Notes under the pieces: model-generated
The model's database searches: none
What the model saw: only the letters and a program-made list of their open reading frames with translations
Told to the model about the DNA's origin: nothing
Assembly: GCF_001194135.2 (NCBI RefSeq)
Contig: NC_068984.1
Location: 55,819,571-55,883,570, forward strand
Direction of reading: 5' to 3'
Length of the DNA stretch: 64,000 bases
Source of the DNA: Octopus bimaculoides
Lineage: Eukaryota
Shown: positions 1 through 13,162 of the stretch, in pieces
Numbering within the stretch: position 1 is the first letter of the stretch
How the letters are laid out: every line of letters begins with the position of its first letter
Made by a program: the position numbers and the translations under genes

Positions 1-76
1 TATATATACATATATATACATACATATATATTATATATGTATAATGTAATATATTAATATATGTGTATATATATAT

Positions 77-260
77 ATTAAAATGGATAGATAGATAGAT
101 ACATACATACATACATACATACATACATACATACATACATACATACATAGACATGTGTGTTTGCTGTGAGCGTATGTATGTATGCATGCATGCATGTATA
201 TATGTATGTATGCATGTATGCATGCATGTATGTATGTATGTATGTATGTATGTATGTATG
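77..260. repeat. Compound tetranucleotide microsatellite (GATA)n/(TACA)n/(TATG)n
   Basis: Tandem units read directly; they explain the HTYI/CMYV pseudo-ORFs. Confidence 0.95.
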
Positions 261-568
261 TACACTCAACATTTTGAAATCTGAACATCTTTCTGAATGC
301 CTTTCCGGAAGTTTACACACACTCACATATCTAGAATTACAACTACAGAAAATGTGTTTATTTAGCTGTTTTCAACATCACCTTGCCTAAATAACAATCT
401 CAAATCGTTAGCAATATACTACTCTAAAAAAAACTGTTAGCTTCATACAGTTGCTATTTTTCTTTTAACTTTACTGCTATCATGCTTGATTTCCTTTATT
501 ATTGATCAATAATTTTTATTAATGTGTATATATGTGTGTGCGTGTGTGTACATATATATGTATATATG

Positions 569-717
569 NNNNNNNNNNNNNNNNNNNNNNNNNNNNNNNN
601 NNNNNNNNNNNNNNNNNNNNNNNNNNNNNNNNNNNNNNNNNNNNNNNNNNNNNNNNNNNNNNNNNNNNNNNNNNNNNNNNNNNNNNNNNNNNNNNNNNNN
701 NNNNNNNNNNNNNNNNN
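569..717. other. Assembly gap (N-run) inside a (TA)n-rich tract
   Basis: N characters flanked by TA repeats. Confidence 1.
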
Positions 718-804
718 TATATATATATATATATGTATATGTATGTATGTATATTTGTATATACATTTTATCATAAAGAAATAGTTGGTCACTGAAAATC
801 AGCT

Positions 805-817
805 CACACACACACGA

Positions 818-904
<87 letters not shown>

Positions 905-905
905 A
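805..905. repeat. (CA)n followed by (TA)n microsatellite
   Basis: Read directly. Confidence 0.95.
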
Positions 906-1494
906 ACACATATACATATATACATACAAGTTGTTTGATGTTCTGTTGGTTTGAACAGAAAACATAACATTGAAATTACTAACTAATGTACAGCTTTGAA
1001 TATATTGAACAGATGTACCTAGGTGCTGGTAGCAACGTAAATAAATAAATTCATAAATACATATAATTACTTTATTTTTGTCATGAGAAATAAAAAAAAC
1101 CTCATATCCTCATTCTGATTTTCTACTTATAAATCGAATATGATTTATTGAAACGAAAAACTTCATGCGAATACCAATTGGTTATAGTTGTTTTTATTGT
1201 CGTTGTTGTTGCTTTGTCCTCCGTTATAAGTGATCGAATCCGTCCTCTATGCGAGACCATTCCGTCTTTGTGTGTGGGGAGGGTCTATATTGGCTAATGA
1301 GATCTTCCTTTTTTTAAAGATGGGACGCAGTTTAGTTAGCATATAGGCACTCGCAATTGCTTTCATTGGTTTTAAATAGTTTCACAAGTAAATTCACGTT
1401 GTTTGCAAATGTTGTGTTTCAACATATCTTTTGATCGGTTAATTCAAATATAGAGGATGTAAGTAATGTAAATTTCTGCTTTCATCCAGTAAAG

Positions 1495-1790
1495 ACACTA
1501 GGGCTGATAGCTGCTTATTTGTCTCTTCATCACGAGATCGTGGTTTGAAATCTTGGACCGTGTGGAACGCGTATCCTCTGGCAACGCATTTCATTTTACA
1601 TTGTTCCAATCTACTCAGGTGTAGTTATTAGCCGAGTGCTGGCGCAGCCCAGTTCCCACTCTCTCCTTCTAGCCTGAATGTTTCATTGGGTTAAGGGTGA
1701 AGGTACAAAACGGATGTTTATGTCTGTTCATGCCCATATAGCCACCGAAGCCATACTTGTTCATGAGTGACTGTTGATTGTATTACACTT
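1495..1790 (+). mobile_element. Degenerate tRNA-derived SINE
   Basis: B-box-like GGTTTGAAATC at about 1541 and a body that resembles the reverse complement of the SINE at 53290-53540. Confidence 0.5.
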
Positions 1791-2951
1791 GTATGTTTAT
1801 CGACCTTCAACATCGAGGTAGTACTGTATTTTATAAATTCGTTGATATTCCACTATGCCATTCAGTACAAAACTTTTGTAGTGAAACAAGAAGAAAAAAG
1901 AATATTAATTTGTTTACAATCAACTACTCTTATCTAATTTTTTATTCTGACAGCGATCTTTAATTTCTAGCAATTCGCCATTTTTTTTCTTTTTCTTTAC
2001 AACTGTGGAAGATCATTAGAAACAAAATTGTTTCAAAGAGAAAAGCAATAGTAAAAATAAATTTTCCTACATTAAGTTAAATACGAACCGATAAGAGAGC
2101 CTCTGCATGCGACTACAAAACAAATTGCCTCTAAATCACTTTCTACTCTCTTAAAGAAAGAAATGAAACATTGCACTTACGTCTGAATAAGAAACGTTAA
2201 CCACCGTTAAAGCGCCTTTATCTATTACCTAACTGTTCAGGTGTACATGACAAAGGAATAACAGTAAAAACTCAGATAAATGACAGTAAATATTAATCCT
2301 ATTACAGTTTATTGAGCAAGTTTTATGTGCATTTATGAAGGAATAAATGAAATTCCGTAGGGTCGCTCACAGATATTAATGAAAAAATTCTTGATAATTT
2401 AATTAGAATTACCCAGTTTATTGTATCTTTCAAAAAAAAATTTTACATTTGTGAATTTGGTGGTATACGAAAATGAAGTTTTTACACCTGTTATAGATGA
2501 TGTGAGTATCTTTACCTGAAATATTTTCTCTCCAAACCGCAAAGATTTGGACAAATCTTTTGTGAAAGGCAAGTACTTTTGTAACATACAGATCTTTGCT
2601 CCGATGTCTCTCGTGTCATTCAAAAGAAAGGAAAAGCAGATACAGTTTCGTACTATTGTCGTCGCAGGCGTCCCCGTCAGAACACAGAGAGCTAGAACAA
2701 ACTTCGCTAGACACCTTCTATTAACTCTGTGAAGCTCAAATCCTGGATTAATAGGGTATTTTGTTTTCTACACTGGAAGCACAAACTGCAAGGTAATCAC
2801 AGCGAGACTTGAGTATAAAGAGTAAAGAGCCAGAAAAAATATTTCTTCGCATTCTCTCCAATGTTCTAATAACTACATTAATTCGCGGCCATGCTATATA
2901 TGAGTATAGATTTTAGTGCGCGCGCGCGTGTTTGTGCGTGTAAATACATAC

Positions 2952-3001
<50 letters not shown>

Positions 3002-3902
3002 GTGACAGAGAGGGAGAGAGTGGGGGAGTTTAGCGGAAAATAAAAAAAGAAAGAGATGCACAGTTCTAAATTCATTACATCAGAAACCTGAAATCTGTTG
3101 AGAAATTATATACACTCACTTTCTTCTGTGTATAATCCCAATAAAATGTACAAATGAATTTCTTAATCCGTTGACGCATGTAATTTGTAACTTCAAAGCT
3201 TATTAGTCGTCAAATATGTGGTTAATTTATGTATTCATAGCAACAGTCAGCTTATTTCAACGTATTTCAAGGACATTCTGTTGGTATGGTACAAATGCAA
3301 AGAAAGAGCATTTGAAAATCACTATTTTTAGGTATTGAACTTAAGTCATCGTATTTAATTTTACAGAAAATATTATTTCAAAACAAATGACAATAATAGA
3401 ATATTATAGAAATAGCAAATAATATGGAATTTTTTATTTAAACTTCAATACACAAAGCTTGTTTGAATTTCGTAACGCGTTACATCATTGGTACTCCCTT
3501 CAAGATTTGCCTTCGTGTAGTATACCAGGAGTATGTCAACTAATTTCTCTAAGTGTGTTCTATCTAATAAAATCCTTAAGTTTTACAGTGGTCCCGCTCT
3601 TAACAGCAATGAAATATATTTTTTAGTATTATCAATTTACAACTAATTGGACATTTTAGTCAGCATCCTAACATTTTTGAAAACCCTGTATTGTGCCGAA
3701 AACCGAGTTTCTTGTTAAAGACCACCCTTGTCTAGCTATGAATTTTACCAAGATTTTCATTTTTTATGAAGAAGATAGCATAAAAAATTGGGTTAACAGA
3801 GGCACTACAATATTTTTTAACACTACAACATCTTGTATTCTACATACAAAAAAGACATCAATTTCGTTGAATTAAGTTTTACTCGTTGCTCTGTTACTAC
3901 TC

Positions 3903-3908
3903 CACAAA

Positions 3909-3943
<35 letters not shown>

Positions 3944-3950
3944 ATAGATA
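3903..3950. repeat. (AAAT)n microsatellite
   Basis: Read directly. Confidence 0.95.
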
Positions 3951-5069
3951 GATAATAAGACTCAAAGTTTAGTGTAAAAAATGCTTACAATCGACAAGAA
4001 AACCCAACCACAATTTACTAATGATGTGCTTCCCCAGTCAACATGTTAGTCCTTCTATTGTCTACAATTGAACTGTCTATGCACGATGAAATAAAAAAAA
4101 AACATTTACAATAGAATTTCCTTCCCTTTATAACATATCTCATTCTAAAGTTGCAATATAATAATATGATAGCACCTCGGCTTTTCTGACAAATTAGTGA
4201 AAACGTTTCTTCAAAATCCTGGAAAAGAGAAGTTTATTTTTTGTGTGAACAGGTTCCAAACATAGACTTGATTGCATACATGTAACACCAAGTCAAAGTA
4301 GGATTCAAGTGAGGATGATTTGTTTTTTATTTGTTTGGTTTTGGTTTCTTTTTCCTTCTCTTTTCCTTCTTTTGTATTTTCATGAAGAGTGACACAAATT
4401 AGGTTCTGCATTATTGGAAAAAACCTTGCTGACAGTATGATTAAAAGAAGTATCGGATAAAATAATCATACTTCTTGGATTAATAAATCTACTTGATAAT
4501 CATATCTCTGGTATTGATAATTAAATTTTGCTTATGAATAAAGATGTATTCGCTTTCTAATCTCCATGTAATAGTTGATATATTTCAGCAAAATAAAAGG
4601 AACAATTTTCGGAGTGAAAGAAAACAAATAAATAAATTTGCTACTGTTATAGTTTTATCTTTGTTATTTTTCCATCCGATATGAACGCAGCTATTTCTGA
4701 ATTGTTCAAATTACCGATATGTGTAAATGTAGCTTAAGCTCAGATGATTTGAGGACAGGTGCATTGCTCCAGTTTCATGGCATGAAACAAAGAATATATC
4801 ACACATTGGATAGAATATCAGTCTAACACAAGTAATATTCTAAGATTATATTTTACGTATTCATATCAGCTAGGAGTACTCAAGCTGCATTGTGAAAAAA
4901 GTTCTGACGAAAGAAAACGCAACGAAATACCTTTAGCAAGTTTAATATTGGGGTTAAACTTACCATATCCAATCAGCCTTTTTGTTTTTCTTTCACGTTG
5001 CTAGATTACAAAGGTTTAAAGGGAATTTTCCAAATCGCATCTTCCCTAGACTGTTGTAAATACTAATAC

Positions 5070-5281
5070 TGGTTTTGAAATTTGGCACAAGGCCAGTAAT
5101 TTCGAGAGAAAGGTAAATCGATTACATCGGCCCTACTGCTCATCTGATACTTATTTTATCGACACCGAAAGGATGAAAGGTAAGTCGACCTCGGAGGAAT
5201 TTGAACTCGGAACATGAAAACGGACGAAATGCCGCTAAGTATTTTGCCCGGAGAGCTAACGATTCTGCCAGCTCGCCGCCT
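5070..5281 (-). mobile_element. tRNA-derived SINE, type B
   Basis: High similarity to 45295-45506 and to the reverse complement of 31020-31200. Shared GAATTTGAACTC (antisense B-box) and TACTTATTTTAT motifs. Confidence 0.85.
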
Positions 5282-5586
5282 TTATAAATATTAATATTCA
5301 GGAAGATACAACAGTTGTATGTAGATCACCAGATTATCTCCCGTTTGTATAACTTGCGTGATGACTACTTTCATCTGAGTCAAGTGGCTTTTCACTTAAT
5401 CCCTGACTCGGCAGTAGACTCCGAATCATTTATTGATTCACAACGTGTTATAGTCAGTATGATTTTGTAATTGTAATGTATTGTAGATTTCTCCCACTTC
5501 TCTCTCTTTTACTTCCTGATATATACACACACACATATACACACACATCTATATTTAAATATATATCCATATACATATATATATCC

Positions 5587-5623
<37 letters not shown>

Positions 5624-6310
5624 NNNNNNNNNNNNNNNNNNNNNNNNNNNNNNNNNNNNNNNNNNNNNNNNNNNNNNNNNNNNNNNNNNNNNNNNNNNNN
5701 NNNNNNNNNNNNNNNNNNNNNNNNNNNNNNNNNNNNNNNNNNNNNNNNNNNNNNNNNNNNNNNNNNNNNNNNNNNNNNNNNNNNNNNNNNNNNNNNNNNN
5801 NNNNNNNNNNNNNNNNNNNNNNNNNNNNNNNNNNNNNNNNNNNNNNNNNNNNNNNNNNNNNNNNNNNNNNNNNNNNNNNNNNNNNNNNNNNNNNNNNNNN
5901 NNNNNNNNNNNNNNNNNNNNNNNNNNNNNNNNNNNNNNNNNNNNNNNNNNNNNNNNNNNNNNNNNNNNNNNNNNNNNNNNNNNNNNNNNNNNNNNNNNNN
6001 NNNNNNNNNNNNNNNNNNNNNNNNNNNNNNNNNNNNNNNNNNNNNNNNNNNNNNNNNNNNNNNNNNNNNNNNNNNNNNNNNNNNNNNNNNNNNNNNNNNN
6101 NNNNNNNNNNNNNNNNNNNNNNNNNNNNNNNNNNNNNNNNNNNNNNNNNNNNNNNNNNNNNNNNNNNNNNNNNNNNNNNNNNNNNNNNNNNNNNNNNNNN
6201 NNNNNNNNNNNNNNNNNNNNNNNNNNNNNNNNNNNNNNNNNNNNNNNNNNNNNNNNNNNNNNNNNNNNNNNNNNNNNNNNNNNNNNNNNNNNNNNNNNNN
6301 NNNNNNNNNN
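5624..6310. other. Assembly gap (N-run)
   Basis: 687 N characters after (TA)n. Confidence 1.
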
Positions 6311-6376
6311 NCTTTCATGACCTTAACAGCGATTAAGTGCTCAGTTAAAATAAATTCTAAAATCTCCTTAGAAAGA

Positions 6377-6417
<41 letters not shown>

Positions 6418-6874
6418 TGCGTGTGTGCGTGTGTGTGCGTGTTTGTGGTTAACTGAAAAAGTAAGGCCAAATTATGTCTTATAAGTATCAGCTGCACATC
6501 AGAAATAATTTTTTTTGAAAGCTATAAGAAAATATACTTACCAGCAACCATTTCGAATCATACAGCTTTTCTATCAAAATTATAAACTCACAATTGTACT
6601 TATAATAATTGGTACATGTGGCCTTATTGCTAAATGCCTATGATATCTCAAAATGTTAATGCTTTGAAGAAAGAAAGTGAACATCTAGCTCTCCGCATCG
6701 TAAATATTATTTGCAAGTGGAACAGTTAAAATCTGAAAGCATTTTAAACACTTAACGCTTCCCTGCTTTTATCTAAAGTCTTTTATCTAAAGTCTACAGA
6801 TAGAGCTTCTTAGAAGCAAGCTTCGTTATATGAAGAATGAGCATAATTAGAATAAATATTCGAAACATAAATAC

Positions 6875-7040
6875 AGGAACGGCAGTGTGGGTGTGAACTT
6901 CACTTCGTAACTTTTGGATTTCAGGGTCACAGCCACTGCCCCGCACACTTGGGCAAGTCTCTAAAGCTATAATCCCGGCCCGTATAATGCCTTGTGAGTG
7001 TATATGAATTATGAATTTGATAGACAGATACAATGCAAAA

Positions 7041-7045
<5 letters not shown>
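6875..7045 (+). mobile_element. Degenerate SINE type A head and body
   Basis: CTTGGGCAAGT...GCCTTGTGAG motif shared with 27732-28160 and 49394-49530. Confidence 0.7.
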
Positions 7046-7071
<26 letters not shown>

Positions 7072-7081
7072 NNNNNNNNNN

Positions 7082-7400
7082 GAAGATTTTAGAACATTTA
7101 TAAATAGGTCTTACAGCTGTTTCCAGGATATTTATTATATCCCTTCATCGGAGATGGTGTGAGAAAATGGTTAAGCAATAGTTAATTTAGATAAGATACG
7201 AAATAGAGAGTGATGTGGAGGAATGAAAATAGATGTGAGATATGCAGAGATATTGCATTTGCAGATCCATTATTCAGGCAGAATGGTATACATATAAGAT
7301 TCCAATACCTTGTGAGTAAAATCCAATAGTATTTAAAATTGGTCATCCAAGTATAGAGTTTGTACACAGTGGTATTGAATCAAGGGTTTTATTTAAATGT
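7082..7400 (-). mobile_element. Penelope-like terminal-repeat fragment carrying a hammerhead motif
   Basis: Contains the hammerhead motif at 7109-7154 and shares GTCTTACAGCTGTTTC with about 43205-43220. The Penelope assignment is inferred from the hammerhead type. Confidence 0.55.
7109..7154 (-). ncRNA. Minimal type I hammerhead ribozyme motif (Penelope type), core variant CCGAUGA
   Basis: Minus strand reads TCT CCGATGA A GGGATAT-AATAA-ATATCCT G GAAA CAGCTG TA AGA: 3-bp helix I, 7-bp helix II, palindromic helix III ACAGCTGT, predicted GUA cleavage triplet. Confidence 0.7.
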
Positions 7401-7524
7401 TTTATTTATGTCTTGGAGATATCTTATGGTAGTGGAATAGTATTTGACTGCTATTTCTAAATTTCGGTATGTGGTCAAATAGTTTTGCCGAACCCTAATT
7501 ATAATTATGCTTATAATTATAAAA

Positions 7525-7560
7525 GTTTTGTATATATATATATATATATATATATGCATA

Positions 7561-7610
<50 letters not shown>

Positions 7611-7665
7611 GGCAGGCAGGCAGCCAGGCAGCCAGGCAGCCAGACAGACAGACAGACAGACAGAC

Positions 7666-7718
<53 letters not shown>
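7525..7718. repeat. Nested compound microsatellite (TA)n-(GATA)n-(GACA)n-(GGCA/GCCA)n-(GACA)n-(GATA)n
   Basis: Read directly. Confidence 0.95.
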
Positions 7719-7719
<1 letters not shown>

Positions 7720-7744
7720 GAGTTTGTATCTTTGTGTATTTCAA

Positions 7745-7912
7745 TAATGTTTGATGACCGGCGTTGGTTTGTTTACACCTCCGTATGTGAGCTCTTCGAT
7801 GAAACAAGTCAATAGAATAAGTAGCAAAGTTAAACTAAGCAAGCTAAACACCTTCAAATCCGTGCTCCAGCATGGCTGCAGTCAAATGCCTGTAACAAGT
7901 AAATGAATATGA
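7745..7912 (+). mobile_element. SINE type A 3' tail
   Basis: GAATAAGTA...CCAGCATGGCTGCAGTCAAATG...AACAAGTAAA tail shared with 28040-28160 and 18330-18510. Confidence 0.75.
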
Positions 7913-10216
7913 ACAGACTTTCGCTTTTCCAACACTCTTCCCCAGAGTCTTCGAAATCTTTGCCAAATATTTTCACTTTGCACTCTTCAAAACATATCAT
8001 TCCGCTAAATTGTCGAAACTACTTGTGATATTAATCATGTTTATGTGTTCTTTTGTATTCATTGATGTTCTTAGTGTGCTACATCTATTTATATAAATTA
8101 TGATATCTTCTAAGCCTAGTTCTTTTCTATTCCTCGTTATGATTCGTCGGCTTAATTCTAATACTCCCTGGCGTCTATGATTAGAAATTCAACAGCAAAT
8201 TAGAATATATCGTAACTAAGCCTATTTTCTGTTATAGAGACAGGAATGGTGGTTACTCTTCTTCTCTTTGTTCACTTGATCGAAGGAGAATTATATTCGT
8301 TTAAAATTCTGTTTAATGCTATTTAATTCATACATTGTCTACTCTTCAGGAAAACCTATTTTCAAATTAAGCTTGAAGAGATTTCCCCGAAAAACCGTAT
8401 CATTAAACTGATCGCAAATAGTTCATTGCTTTTCAAAGTAACAGGAATAGGAAGTGTTTTAAGTATTTGATCAAGTAAAGAATATACAAAATATGTCAAG
8501 AAAAATACATCTCAAGTTCTCATGAAATTGTACGTTTGCGCTTGGGTCAATATCTATCATAAGTTTATGCTTAAAATAAGAAGATTCTCATTACACAGAT
8601 GCTTTTAGCATGTATCGACCATGTGATTCTGAAAGATTGAAGGTTAAACTTACCTAATCTGTTGTCATATTAACATACATTTTGTCAAATATATTCAGAA
8701 AATATATCTGCTTCGATGAGTAAAAGTTTACGCTTCACTTCACATTGTTATAGGAGATTGTCTAGAACATCTTTTTACAGTCAAACTGAATGATGCATAT
8801 ATTCAAATAAAATGCATTTTGTTTTCCCATTTAGTTTCTTTAATCGTTCTCATTACTTTTTATAGAAAATAATTCTACTAACTTTTCATTAAAGTACTTA
8901 AAATGTAAGGTGCCATTGCATATTGGATTAATACCGTTTGTGATTTCATGCTAAGATTTATTCACAAAATCGAAATATCTTAAAAGTACTGTTGTTTAAC
9001 GCTAGAAACGACAGCTGATCAGAGACGTTTCATTCGTAACCATCCAGTTTTGTAAGATTGTCTAGAAACACATTAAGCAATGTATTTTCCCGTTCGTGCA
9101 AACGATGAAGTGTGTTTGAGAGAAAAAGAGATTTGACTATTATTTCTAGCATATATTATGACAATGTAAAGAATTTTATTTCCTTCTCCAGTTCTCTGGA
9201 AGAATTTGAGGACACCATTATATCTATCCACTCGGCCAGATGTATCACTGCAGTAAATAAAAGATATGAGAATACAAAAAATATTTCTCCGAATGCTTTG
9301 AGAGTTCCAAAAAGTTAAAAAAAAAAGAAGAGGAACTTTTTAAATAATCTAGATTTTTTTTTTAATTTCTGGTAGTGACCTGAGAAAAATATGTAGCTGG
9401 TGATTGGTTGATATGATATTTTAATATTAACAAGATACTTCTAGAAATTAGCTCATGTTGTATTATACATGTAAATAATAGTTCCATAGCAACATTTCTC
9501 TTACTTTCGATTTAGTACAGTATACGAATAAAACTTTGCTTATCAAACTCAGTTTTTATCTTAATTTTTATCTCAACGTATTAATGAACAAATTTTAGAC
9601 TGTCATATCTTTGTGAATCAAATCTATCGTTTTTGCATCTATTTAAAAAGTTATTTTTAAATATATTTTTATAAAATGTAACAAAACAGAAACATCTTAC
9701 ATGCTAATTTATTCGTTACATTAGATGTAGCTGTACAGTATACTGGTTTCAAAAGTATTTTTTAGTTTAAAAGAAGGTTTTTTTAAAACGTAGCTGCACC
9801 TAATAATTTGGCACATATACTCTAATTTTGCTAACAGACATCAGGTGTTTCTCTTATGTTTGATTGCTAAACTAAATCTTCCTTTGATTTCGCACACTCC
9901 ACCAAATCTCCAATCATCCTTCAAAAATGCATCAGTTAATGGAATTCGTCATCATTATCGTTGTATTTGAATACAAAGTCTGAATCATTATTCTATAAAA
10001 ATTATAACTTACTGGATTGTCTTCTTTAAATTCAATTATAATTTAAATTTTAATCTCTGTAGCTTAACATTTATATCTACAGCCTGCCTGCTGTCAAGGC
10101 AATCAAAACTATCTCTATTATTTCTTAGAAACCGAATTAATATTCTTTACATCAAGTAAAAGATTATTTCGAAAATTAACTTTAAAATGTATTTAAACGT
10201 AGCCACTTGCATGGTT

Positions 10217-10350
<134 letters not shown>

Positions 10351-10409
10351 TTCCCTCGCTCTCTTTCTATATGTTTCTTTTATCTTCTTTCAGTCATTAG
10401 ACTGCGGCT

Positions 10410-10590
10410 ATGCTGAGACACTGCCTTGAGGAATTTTAGTCAAATAAATCATCTCTAGTGCTTATTTTCTTTTTAAGCCTAGTACTTATTCTATCCATGT
10501 CCTTTGCCGAACCGCTAATTTACGCGAACGTAAACATACCAACACCGATTGTCAAACGGTGGTGAGGGACAAGCACAAAGACACATAGAC
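10410..10590 (-). mobile_element. SINE type A 3' half
   Basis: Reverse complement of the tail motifs (GTACTTATTCTATC, TTTGCCGAACCGCTAA). Confidence 0.75.
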
Positions 10591-10631
10591 ATGCACACAC
10601 GCGCGCGCGCGCGCACATACATGTATATATA

Positions 10632-11375
10632 CAGGGTGCGTTGAATAAACTGTTGTCTAAATTACATAGAAATGAAAGTAACACTGACATCTTATTTTAA
10701 CAAATATATTTACCAAAATTACATAAAAATATTTCGAAATACTAAAGAGTAGATGTATTCAATAAAATCGCCATTGGCTTCAACCACAGCCTCCAGACGG
10801 CTTCGGAATCTCCTGCGACTATTCTGGACAGTCTCCATTAAGATGGTGAATGCTGCCATAATTCTTGCCTTCAGTTCATCTTTGGTGTTACAAGTTTTGT
10901 TGGTCTCTCGCTCAACTGTGCCCCACACATAATAAACAAGGGAGTTGAAGTCTGGGGAGTTATGTAGCCAGATGTTGAGGGTGATGTAGTCGCTGAAACT
11001 TTCTGACAGCCATAACTGGCTTCTCCTGCTTGTGTGGCATGCTGCAGGATCCTGTTGCCAAATATAGGGCATTCCAGTAGCCACCCTCTTGACCCAGGGC
11101 AGCACTACCTCCTCCAGGCCTCCAGGCACTTGATATAGGCTTCCGTGTTGAGTCTCAGGCCGTGTGAGAAGATGAATGGAAGTATAACATCGCCATCACT
11201 CCAAACACCATGATGATGACTGTATGTTTGATTTTTTATCACTCTCAGTACATGCACTGCCATCAGATTGACACCCAAACACTCTGAAATGTTCATACTG
11301 GAACTTCTGGCGCGAATGCCAATCAGTAAAGCATGACGTTTCCAAATTTCTGGCAAAATGAATTGCATTATGGTG
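10632..11375 (-). mobile_element. maT (DD37D) IS630-Tc1-mariner element, internally deleted and non-autonomous
   Basis: TA then CAGGGTGCGTTGAATAAACTGT terminal repeat at 10632. Translation WQQDPAACHTSRRSQLWL...HNSPDFNSLV gives 37 residues after the second Asp, with the third Asp mutated to Val. The N-terminal start EIWKRHALLIGIRA is fused directly to the catalytic part. Confidence 0.9.
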
Positions 11376-11462
11376 CAGAATACTTGCCCAAGGTGCCATA
11401 TAGTGTGATTGAATCCGGAACCAAGTGGTTGGGAAGCAAGCTTCCTACCACATAGCAACGCC
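11375..11462 (-). mobile_element. SINE type A head fragment truncating the left end of the maT copy
   Basis: TTGCCCAAGGTGCC...GGAACCAAGTGGTTGGGAAGCAAGC is the reverse complement of the SINE head. Confidence 0.8.
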
Positions 11463-11529
11463 ATATATATATTACTTATATATTTGTATACGATTATACA
11501 GGTAAGAGTTCGGAAGACCATATATTTTT

Positions 11530-12150
11530 AATTCTCAGGATGTATCCATTCCTTGTCCTCTCCTTATATATGGGTCTCAAAGGTGACACTCTTATCCTGA
11601 GTTACTTTCCCCAAAAAGTATATGTCTTCAGGTAGTATTCTTTAGGTGTTTCGTGTTTAACGTCATAAAAGAGGGCAAAACACCTCATATTTTCCACCAA
11701 AAATGCACATTTGGACTCATCAAATTTAATTTCAATGTCTTTAGGAAATTGGGTTATGAGATGCAATTGCTTTTTGATGTGCTTAGCATTTGATCCATTC
11801 AGCTTCAGGTCATCAACAATGAAAAAGTGGGACATTGATAAAACCATGCTATACCTGCTATGTTTTGTGATCAAGTACGATAGGAAGCGTTAATGAGAGA
11901 GTAAAGATTAGTAGTAACAAGCTTTCTCCTGAAGTATGTCTTGTTAGTATATGGTGTCAAATTCGAAATGTTCGTTGAAGTCTCTAAGAAGTAGGGAGAG
12001 GTATTAGGCTTTGGTTAGGTGGTAGATGGTAGCTACTAGTAGTGGTCAGGCTTTGGCCAGTTGCCGTGCTTAGATAATCCACCTATCTGATATATCACCA
12101 TAAAAGCCACTTGTCAGTCAAGCCACAGCAGAGCTAAGTTTATGTATGCT
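11530..12150 (-). mobile_element. R4/Dong-like non-LTR retrotransposon RT remnant
   Basis: ORF 11602-11874 SHFFIVDDLKL...FPKDIEIKFDESKCA matches the HLLFxDDLKL...FGxxKC RT motif. The flanks are frameshifted. Confidence 0.75.
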
Positions 12151-13056
12151 TAATCTTACTGAATCACACTATCAAATGGGTTCTTCGTGTTTTAAACAGT
12201 CGAATATGAATTGAGAGGGATTCTGTTGTTATCTATAATGACACGAGTGACCATGTGTAGGCTTTCTTGTTAGCTCAATATCTTTTTTCTATGCATGCGT
12301 TGTGTGTGTACCAGAACGAACAAACTAAGTGAAGCGAAATTGCCTCAATCACGAATTTGAAACAAGCACATAAAATAGATTCCAGTACCTCTTACTTATT
12401 GATTTACGATGTTCACCTACACCCCTATTATTATCATTACTACGCAGTTACAATTTTCATCTGCTACCAAAAAACTGAAACTTATACACAGCATTGTTCT
12501 AGAAATTTATTACGATTTAGAATTTGTTCCAAGTTATGCAAAGTTAATTTCTATTGACTTTTTTCTTAACACAGCTATATATATGACTTCGAAAATCCAC
12601 ACATACCTAAATTTTCAGAACATTTTTATTTATTCAGCAGCTGAACTTTAAATTTTCTTTCGTCAAAGGTTATGATGGGAAAACAGGTCTGTTACAGCCA
12701 CTTCCAACAAGGTTCAATATCATATCGATTTCTTAATTTGGATCTATAGCATCAGGAACACGTTTCTCATCCGCTTTTAGCTAAAACATGGCGCACGAGT
12801 TTTGACACTGACACTTAGCATACAACTTTATACTTATACCATCAAATATGTCAGGATCAAAATGAACCAGTTTTGACCTTGAAAGACCATTTGAGTTCTT
12901 CTGGCATTCATTATGAAGAATTCTGTCTATTTGTGGGTGTTTAGAAAGGTTACTTGAAAGAAAATCTATAAATCGATTAATAATTGTTACGTAATCTAGC
13001 TTGTATACGTGCATACACACACGCACATACATAAAAAAATTTACACATACTTATAA

Positions 13057-13162
<106 letters not shown>

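Noticed and set aside
31-970. Long ORFs rich in YI, HT, CV, CMYV or LSIY here and throughout the window
   Set aside because: They are translations of di- and tetranucleotide microsatellites, which lack stops in several frames.
5476-6336. ORFs of 180-370 aa spanning N-runs (also 25297-26142, 28569-29672, 59009-59996)
   Set aside because: Their length comes from X residues in assembly gaps.
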